From positions 8,694-72,693 of the forward strand of contig CAZGKI010000004.1 of the NCBI GenBank assembly GCA_964526345.1: a DNA stretch of 64,000 bases. The letters are read 5' to 3'. The position numbers were made by a program, and so were the translations under genes. Each line of letters starts with the position of its first letter. Within the stretch, counting starts at the first letter, position 1. The stretch is from an uncultured Rikenellaceae bacterium. GTDB taxonomy: Bacteria; Bacteroidota; Bacteroidia; Bacteroidales; VadinHA17. This document shows, one piece after another, positions 58,363 to 64,000 of this stretch. A model generated the notes under the pieces. It did no database searches and was not told where the DNA came from. It saw only the letters and a list, made by a program, of their open reading frames with translations.

Positions 58363-59490
58363 ATGCTCCGGGAAAATATTTTTCTTTTAATAACATTTAC
58401 AGTCTTTGTACTGTCATCTGCTGTTCAGCTTTTCTATTATTTGTGGTTTTACCTTTCGGTGTATCGCTATAAACAAACTGCAGGAAAAGCCTCCGGATTA
58501 CCCGTATCAGTAATTATTTGTGCCAGGAATGAAGTTGAGAATCTCAACAATTTTTTACCATCTGTTCTTGAGCAGGATTATCCTGATTATGAGGTTATTG
58601 TTGTCAATGACTGTTCTGAAGACGACTCTTATAATGTACTGGGAAAATATCTTAAACTATACCCACACCTGAAAATCTCAAATGTAAACAAGGATCCAAA
58701 ATTTACTCATAACAAGAAATTTGCCCAGTTTATCGGAATCAAGGCTTCTAATAATGATATACTACTTTTTACAGATGCCGATTGTCAGCCGGAATCAGGA
58801 AAGTGGATTGAAGGTATAGTGTCTCATTTCTCACCCCAGACGGATTTTGTTCTTGGTTACGGAGGTTATCTGAAAGAAAAGGGATTACTGAATAAATACA
58901 TCCGTTACGACAGTATGATAATTGCCATGCAGTACCTGGGAATGGCTATCAGGGGCATTCCTTATATGGGTGTGGGAAGAAACCTGGCTTACAGGAAGAG
59001 GCTCTTCTTTGAGAACAAGGGATTCGGATCATATAATCATATTATTTCAGGAGATGATGATCTCTTTGTCAATACAAAAGCTAACAGGAACAACACCGCT
59101 GTTGAATTTGGAAAAGGCACACATACCCGTTCCGTACCTTCTCCATCCTTTGCTGATTGGGTGAAACAGAAAAAAAGACATCTGACAACAGCACCTTATT
59201 ACAAATTCAGGGATAAATTCCTCCTGATACTTGAACCGCTGACAAGAGTGCTCTTTTATTCAACTCTTGTTGTGCTTCTTTCCTTTCTCTTTTTTTGGCA
59301 GTCTGCAGTAATAATTTTTATATTGAGGCTGGCCACCCAGATCACTGTAATTCACCTTGTTCAGAAAAGACTTAAGGAATCCGGAATATTGGGTTATTCG
59401 TTAATTTTTGATATCTTTTCCCCGGTGATAAACACGACCATCTATGTAAGTAATTTCTTCAAACGTTCTGGTAATAACCAATGGAAATAA
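58363..59490 (+). CDS. membrane-bound family-2 glycosyltransferase
   Basis: 'VSVIICARNEVENLNNFL'; 'VVNDCSEDDS'; 'FTDADC'; N- and C-terminal TM segments. Start ambiguous: TTG 58357, GTG 58360 or ATG 58363. Confidence 0.8.
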   Translation: MLRENIFLLITFTVFVLSSAVQLFYYLWFYLSVYRYKQTAGKASGLPVSVIICARNEVENLNNFLPSVLEQDYPDYEVIVVNDCSEDDSYNVLGKYLKLYPHLKISNVNKDPKFTHNKKFAQFIGIKASNNDILLFTDADCQPESGKWIEGIVSHFSPQTDFVLGYGGYLKEKGLLNKYIRYDSMIIAMQYLGMAIRGIPYMGVGRNLAYRKRLFFENKGFGSYNHIISGDDDLFVNTKANRNNTAVEFGKGTHTRSVPSPSFADWVKQKKRHLTTAPYYKFRDKFLLILEPLTRVLFYSTLVVLLSFLFFWQSAVIIFILRLATQITVIHLVQKRLKESGILGYSLIFDIFSPVINTTIYVSNFFKRSGNNQWK

Positions 59491-60077
59491 AAAAGGGATT
59501 CTCGGAAAATGCGAAGAATGATCTTCTGCTGGTAGAAGAGGCAAAAAAAGGAAATGAAAAAGCTTTTGCCAGCCTTATGAACCGGTACCGGGATTCTATT
59601 TACTACATGCTGCTTAAAATGGTCAACAACCCGGCAGATGCCGAAGATCTGACCATTGAAGCATTTGGCAAGGCTTTCAGGAATATTGATTCATATGCAC
59701 CTACTTTCGCTTTCAGCACCTGGCTTTTTATGATTGCCACAAATAACTGTATCGATTTTATCCGGAAAAAACAGTCTTCGCCTTTCCCGGCAAACAAGTG
59801 GACTGAGGGCATGGAGACTCTAACTGCCAATATACAGTCTGACCTTCCTGATCCCGAAGAGGCACTTATTAACGACCAGAAGATAGCCACATTGAGAAAA
59901 ATTGTTAACCAGCTTAAATCGCCTTACAGGGAGATCATTGAATTAAGATATTACAAAGAATATTCCTACGAGGAAATCGCATCTGAGCTTAATATTCCCA
60001 TTGGCACAGTTAAAGCTCAGCTGTATCGTGCAAAAACCCTGCTTTACAATATCTTTATCAAAACAGGTAACAGGTAA
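59481..60077 (+). CDS. ECF-type RNA polymerase sigma-70 factor (no adjacent anti-sigma)
   Basis: Region 2 'AEDLTIEAFGKAF...TWLFMIATNNCIDFIRKK'. Region 4 'SYEEIASELNIPIGTVKAQLYRAK'. Confidence 0.9.
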   Translation: MEIKKGFSENAKNDLLLVEEAKKGNEKAFASLMNRYRDSIYYMLLKMVNNPADAEDLTIEAFGKAFRNIDSYAPTFAFSTWLFMIATNNCIDFIRKKQSSPFPANKWTEGMETLTANIQSDLPDPEEALINDQKIATLRKIVNQLKSPYREIIELRYYKEYSYEEIASELNIPIGTVKAQLYRAKTLLYNIFIKTGNR

Positions 60078-60700
60078 TGCCCGAATGCATTTTTAAATAC
60101 TTCCCCTCACTTTCTGAAAACCAGAAAGAAAAAATATCAGGTTTACTTCCTTCATATTCAAGATGGAATAAGATGATTAATGTTATTTCCAGGAAGGACA
60201 TGGACAGCTTCTATGTCCACCATGTTCTTCATTCACTGGCTATTGCAAAAGTTATCTCCTTTAAGCCCGGTACAAATATTCTGGATGCAGGCACCGGAGG
60301 GGGATTCCCCGGAATACCCCTTGCTATTATGTTTCCGGATGCTAATTTCACACTCATCGATTCAATCGGTAAAAAAATTAGGGTAGTTTCGGAAGTTGCA
60401 GACGAGCTACAACTAAAAAACGTGATAACTCTGATACGCAGAATTGAGAATGAGGCTGGAAAATACGATTTCGTTATCAGCAGGGCTGTTACAGAATTCA
60501 GGAAGTTTGCCGGCATGACTGTAAAGAACATATCAAAATCAGGATTCAATACCCTGGGGAACGGAATCCTGTATCTTAAAGGCGGGGACCTGGATGCAGA
60601 ACTGGCTTCATTTGGAAGTAAAGTGACAATATGGAACATTAGTAAATTTTATTCTGAACCTTTCTTTGAAACAAAAAAGATAGTTTACCTTCCTGCCTGA
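60077..60700 (+). CDS. rsmG: 16S rRNA (guanine527-N7)-methyltransferase RsmG
   Basis: SAM motif 'ILDAGTGGGFPGIPLAI'; 207 aa; the start shares one base with the sigma stop (TAATG). Confidence 0.9.
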   Translation: MPECIFKYFPSLSENQKEKISGLLPSYSRWNKMINVISRKDMDSFYVHHVLHSLAIAKVISFKPGTNILDAGTGGGFPGIPLAIMFPDANFTLIDSIGKKIRVVSEVADELQLKNVITLIRRIENEAGKYDFVISRAVTEFRKFAGMTVKNISKSGFNTLGNGILYLKGGDLDAELASFGSKVTIWNISKFYSEPFFETKKIVYLPA

Positions 60701-60744
60701 TTCATAAAAATATATCATGCTGTTTTAATATTTCAAAAAAACAC

Positions 60745-60752
60745 TATCTTTG
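60745..60752 (+). promoter_or_regulatory. candidate -7 box (TATCTTTG) for rpmH
   Basis: TAnnTTTG match 46 nt upstream of the ATG at 60798. Confidence 0.45.
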
Positions 60753-60797
60753 CGATCTCATATAAAAAAAGTACAGACAATTAAATAACAAACAAAG

Positions 60798-60953
60798 ATG
60801 AAAAGGACATTTCAGCCATCAAGAAGGAAAAGGGCTAACAAGCATGGATTCAGGGAGAGAATGTCCACTGCCAACGGCAGAAGAGTAATTGCTTCCCGCA
60901 GAGCCAAGGGTAGAAAAAAGCTTTCAGTATCCTCCGAGCTGAAACTGAAATAA
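60798..60953 (+). CDS. rpmH: 50S ribosomal protein L34 (51 aa), absent from the ORF track
   Basis: Hand translation: [51 protein letters not shown]. Confidence 0.95.
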   Translation: MKRTFQPSRRKRANKHGFRERMSTANGRRVIASRRAKGRKKLSVSSELKLK

Positions 60954-60981
60954 AAAACATACAAAACAGTGAGCTATACAG

Positions 60982-61007
60982 GGTGTCTTTATCAGGACGC
61001 CTTTTTT
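60982..61007 (+). terminator. rho-independent terminator after rpmH
   Basis: GGTGTC-tttatcag-GACGCC (6-bp stem including one G-U) followed by TTTTTT. Confidence 0.6.
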
Positions 61008-61036
61008 ATTATTTTTGCATTTGATTTCAAATCAAA

Positions 61037-62137
61037 ATGAGTACTCTTTCAAACCAGATAACAGATAATGACCTAAAGGAGATTACCGGAAAAGTAATCG
61101 CCGGTTCCAGGATAAGTGGTGAGGAAGGTCTTATTCTCTACATAAAGGCTGATATCCCCTTGCTTGGTTTGTTATCGTCGTTGGTAAGAAGGAGGGAGAA
61201 TGATAATCTTGCCTTTTATAACAGGAATTTTCATATTGAACCCACCAATAAATGTGTTTACAACTGTCGCTTCTGCTCCTATCATAAACCTGCAGGTGAT
61301 CCTGAGAGCTGGGAATACAGCCATGAGCAGATGCTTGAAAAAGTCAGTCGCTTTGATGATAAGGAGGTAACCGAAGTTCATATAACAGGAGGGGTACATC
61401 CATTATACGACCTTCATTATTATGGGAATCTCATAAGCAAGATAAAGCAGCACAGGCCATCTCTTCATGTGAAAGCTTTTTCAGCTATTGAGCTCGATTA
61501 TATGATTAGAAAAGCAGGCCTTACTATTAAAGAGGGACTTTTACGATTAAAGGATTATGGCCTCGACTCAATACCTGGCGGTGGCGCTGAGATTTTCAAT
61601 GAAGAGCTGAGGAAACAGATATGTGATGAAAAATCATCGTCCGAAATGTGGTTAACTATTCATGAGACAGCACACAGACTCGGCATAGCTTCAAATGCAA
61701 CAATGCTTTACGGCCATATCGAGACTTATTCTCACAGGATAGAACATATGGAAAGACTAAGGAGTCTTCAGGACAGAACAGGCGGTTTTAATGCTTTCAT
61801 TCCCCTCAAATACAAAAAGGCTAACAACAAAATGTCCTTCCTTGGTGAAGTAAGTATTATTGAAGATCTCCGTAACTACGCAGTGGCAAGGATTTTCCTG
61901 GATAATATAACTCATATTAAAGCATACTGGCCCATGATCGGAAAGGAAAGCTCTCAGTTAAGCCTCTCTTTCGGCACGGATGACCTCGATGGCACCATTG
62001 AAGATACTACCAGGATCTACTCCATGGCAGGAGCTGAAGACAAAAACCCTTCGATGACATCTGATGAGATATGCAAACTTATTCGTGAGGCAGGGTACCA
62101 ACCTGTTGAAAGAGATTCTCTGTATAACAAGGTATAA
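61037..62137 (+). CDS. radical SAM enzyme of the CofH/MqnC/MqnE family (futalosine-route menaquinone biosynthesis type)
   Basis: Cluster motif 'NKCVYNCRFCSY'; 'VHITGG'; 'GGGAEIF'; 'MLYGHIET'; 366 aa. I cannot separate MqnC from MqnE by eye. Confidence 0.65.
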   Translation: MSTLSNQITDNDLKEITGKVIAGSRISGEEGLILYIKADIPLLGLLSSLVRRRENDNLAFYNRNFHIEPTNKCVYNCRFCSYHKPAGDPESWEYSHEQMLEKVSRFDDKEVTEVHITGGVHPLYDLHYYGNLISKIKQHRPSLHVKAFSAIELDYMIRKAGLTIKEGLLRLKDYGLDSIPGGGAEIFNEELRKQICDEKSSSEMWLTIHETAHRLGIASNATMLYGHIETYSHRIEHMERLRSLQDRTGGFNAFIPLKYKKANNKMSFLGEVSIIEDLRNYAVARIFLDNITHIKAYWPMIGKESSQLSLSFGTDDLDGTIEDTTRIYSMAGAEDKNPSMTSDEICKLIREAGYQPVERDSLYNKV

Positions 62138-62222
62138 TTCACTTCTCTCATATGACCAGATGCCCCTCTATTTATAATTTTATCAATACATTTGCGTTAT
62201 CACTAATGAACTAAATGCCTGT

Positions 62223-63065
62223 ATGAGTTTAAAAAAATTCATCTTCAGTAAATTATTTTTAAAGCAACTTGGTCTGGCAATAATTATTTTTGCAGGGGCT
62301 TTGATGATACTGCTTCTTTTGCTTAATATTTATACCCGACACGGACAGGCACTCCCGGTACCAGATTTTATAGGCCTTTCACTGGACGAGAGCGCAAGGC
62401 TGGCGAAAAAGAGTAAAATGAGATATACCATCATCGATTCTGTTTATACAACTTTTGTTGGAAGAGGATGTATAGCCGAGCAAAATCCAAAACCTGGTTT
62501 CAAGGTTAAAAAATGGAGAAATATTTTATTGACCATTAATGCTTTCAGACCAGAGATGGTTAAGGTACCAAATCTTATCGATCTGCCTCTGCGTCAGGCA
62601 ATTGCCATGATTGAAAGTTCGGGCCTTACTATGGGGAAAAAAAGTTACAAGCCTGACCTTTCACAGAATGTAGTTCTGGGACAATTTCATAACGGCCAGG
62701 ATATCACTCCTGTCGATTCTCTTCAAAAGGGAGCAGTAATTGACCTGCTACTCGGCAAAGGACTGAGCAACCAGAGAACGACTATACCGAACTTGATCGG
62801 ACTCACCCTTGATCCGGCAAAAGAAAAAATTCTCGGAACATCACTCAACCTGGGCACATATATATTTGATAATACCATTTTATCTGGAAAAGATAGTACT
62901 AATGCATTTGTATTTAAACAGAGCCCTGAGTATAATGAGGGTGCAACCCTGCAGTATGGTTCATCCATTTACCTTTGGCTTACTGTCGATTCAGCAAAAC
63001 TACGTGTAGACTCATCTTTGATAGTTATTCCTGATGCGTTGCCACCGGGCAGACTTCTGCCGTGA
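62223..63065 (+). CDS. stand-alone membrane-anchored PASTA-repeat protein
   Basis: N-terminal TM 'LGLAIIIFAGALMILLLLL'. Three PASTA-like modules ('VPDFIGLSLDES', 'VPNLIDLPLRQA', 'IPNLIGLTLDPA'). No kinase or PBP domain. Confidence 0.75.
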   Translation: MSLKKFIFSKLFLKQLGLAIIIFAGALMILLLLLNIYTRHGQALPVPDFIGLSLDESARLAKKSKMRYTIIDSVYTTFVGRGCIAEQNPKPGFKVKKWRNILLTINAFRPEMVKVPNLIDLPLRQAIAMIESSGLTMGKKSYKPDLSQNVVLGQFHNGQDITPVDSLQKGAVIDLLLGKGLSNQRTTIPNLIGLTLDPAKEKILGTSLNLGTYIFDNTILSGKDSTNAFVFKQSPEYNEGATLQYGSSIYLWLTVDSAKLRVDSSLIVIPDALPPGRLLP

Positions 63066-63080
63066 AGGAAATAGCCTGTG

Positions 63081-64000
63081 ATGATAAGAAAAATATCAGT
63101 AAATATAATTCTTCTCTTATATACCTTCGGATATGCCAACAGCCAGGAACTTGTAATCGGACTGCAGTCAAATCCGGCTTTGAAGAATAACGTTTCCGGG
63201 CAAGCATACAAAAAAGGCCTGGCTGAAGACACACTCCAGCTTCCATTCTTTGATGATTTTTCACGAATCACTTTGATCCCCGACCCTAAAAAATGGGCAG
63301 ACGATTATGTTTTTATAAATAACACATATAGCGACCGCCAGATCACATCAGGTATTGCTACATTCGACGCACTTGATAATGCCGGAAGGTTATACGAAAC
63401 AGCTTCCCCGATTGTCTTTGAAGCCGACCATCTCACCTCCCGGCCTGTCAATCTTGATTATCCGGCTACAGACAATATCTGGCTGAGTTTTTATTATCAG
63501 CCCGGAGGCCTTGGAGATATGCCTGAAGTCAATGACAGCCTGACACTTCAGTTTTTTGCTCCTGACGAAAATGAATGGTACCCTGTCTGGGATTGTGTCG
63601 GGAATGATTATCCGGATTTTAAAATCGCAATGATCAAAATCGATCAGGAGAAATTCCTTAAGAAAGGCTTTCGGTTTCGTTTTATAAATTATGCAAGCCT
63701 GAGCCCTAATATAATTGAACCGTCCATGATCTCAAACTGTGATCAGTGGAATATTGATTATGTAGTACTCGACAAAAACAGGGCTGAAAACGATACAGTA
63801 TTTAACGATGTAGCCTTCAGGTATCCACTTCGTTCACTCCTGAAAACACATGAGGCAATGCCATGGAAACAGTTCAAACAGGTTTTTCTTCAGGAGATGG
63901 GCTCTTATATCTCTATCCATTACAGGAACAATGATACAATTACCAGAAATGTAACCCGTGATTTTGAAATATGGGATGAATATAAAAATGTCCAGGCAAA
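63081..64000 (+). CDS. 5' part of a secreted protein of unknown function (runs off the window end; not in the ORF track)
   Basis: The frame is open from the ATG at 63081 to base 64000 (306 codons). Signal peptide 'ISVNIILLLYTFGYANSQ'. No family recognised. Confidence 0.6.
   Translation, partial: MIRKISVNIILLLYTFGYANSQELVIGLQSNPALKNNVSGQAYKKGLAEDTLQLPFFDDFSRITLIPDPKKWADDYVFINNTYSDRQITSGIATFDALDNAGRLYETASPIVFEADHLTSRPVNLDYPATDNIWLSFYYQPGGLGDMPEVNDSLTLQFFAPDENEWYPVWDCVGNDYPDFKIAMIKIDQEKFLKKGFRFRFINYASLSPNIIEPSMISNCDQWNIDYVVLDKNRAENDTVFNDVAFRYPLRSLLKTHEAMPWKQFKQVFLQEMGSYISIHYRNNDTITRNVTRDFEIWDEYKNVQA

Noticed and set aside
1-64000. A scan of intergenic gaps and repeat content for CRISPR arrays, tRNA/rRNA/tmRNA genes, riboswitch-like leaders, transposases, integrases, phage, toxin-antitoxin or known defence genes.
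   Set aside because: None recognised by eye. No intergenic gap exceeds ~330 bp, and no ORF shows recombinase, nuclease or defence-type motifs. A covariance-model scan (tRNAscan-SE, Infernal/Rfam) would be needed to exclude small RNAs formally.

Overview
This is a Bacteroidota-type chromosomal segment. Supporting signs are TAnnTTTG -7 promoter boxes, a GldB-like lipoprotein, DUF1573 and DUF5686-type proteins, a MurF-Alr fusion, and many signal-peptide or beta-barrel proteins. It is packed almost wall to wall with about 57 protein genes on both strands. Most are housekeeping genes:
- DNA metabolism: recA, uvrA, dnaB, tdk.
- RNA modification and translation: rlmB-like, miaA, smpB, tgt, rsmI, rsmG, rpmH.
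- Envelope: murF-alr, an lptF/G-family permease, SLT, SPOR and PASTA proteins.
- Cofactors and central metabolism: nadE, ispE, lpd, a transaldolase-like gene, an acyl-CoA carboxyltransferase with a biotin carrier, meaB, and a futalosine-type radical SAM enzyme.

Interspersed are a Zn-type ABC importer, several secreted peptidases (M64, S9, two M14-like), a GH38 mannosidase, two ECF sigma factors, one two-component system and a Crp/Fnr regulator.

By eye I found no rRNA, tRNA, CRISPR array, transposase, integrase, phage or recognisable defence genes. Two real small genes are absent from the ORF track: a 55-aa 2x[4Fe-4S] ferredoxin and rpmH.

I do not see a convincing novel multi-gene system, and the region reads as core genome. 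The leads most worth a second look are:
- A tandem M14 pair in which the upstream paralogue has lost every catalytic or zinc residue, preceded by an orphan cytoplasmic ORF.
- An 11-bp-phased triple direct repeat between the divergent promoters of the two-component system and a secreted protein.
- A 133-bp composite palindromic repeat upstream of the Crp/Fnr gene.
- A highly structured intercistronic spacer in the carboxylase operon.
- An ECF sigma factor translationally coupled to a TM-plus-beta-barrel protein.
- A 1091-aa protein with a TolB-like propeller and an Omp85-like barrel.

All functional calls rest on motif recognition by eye; no searches were run.
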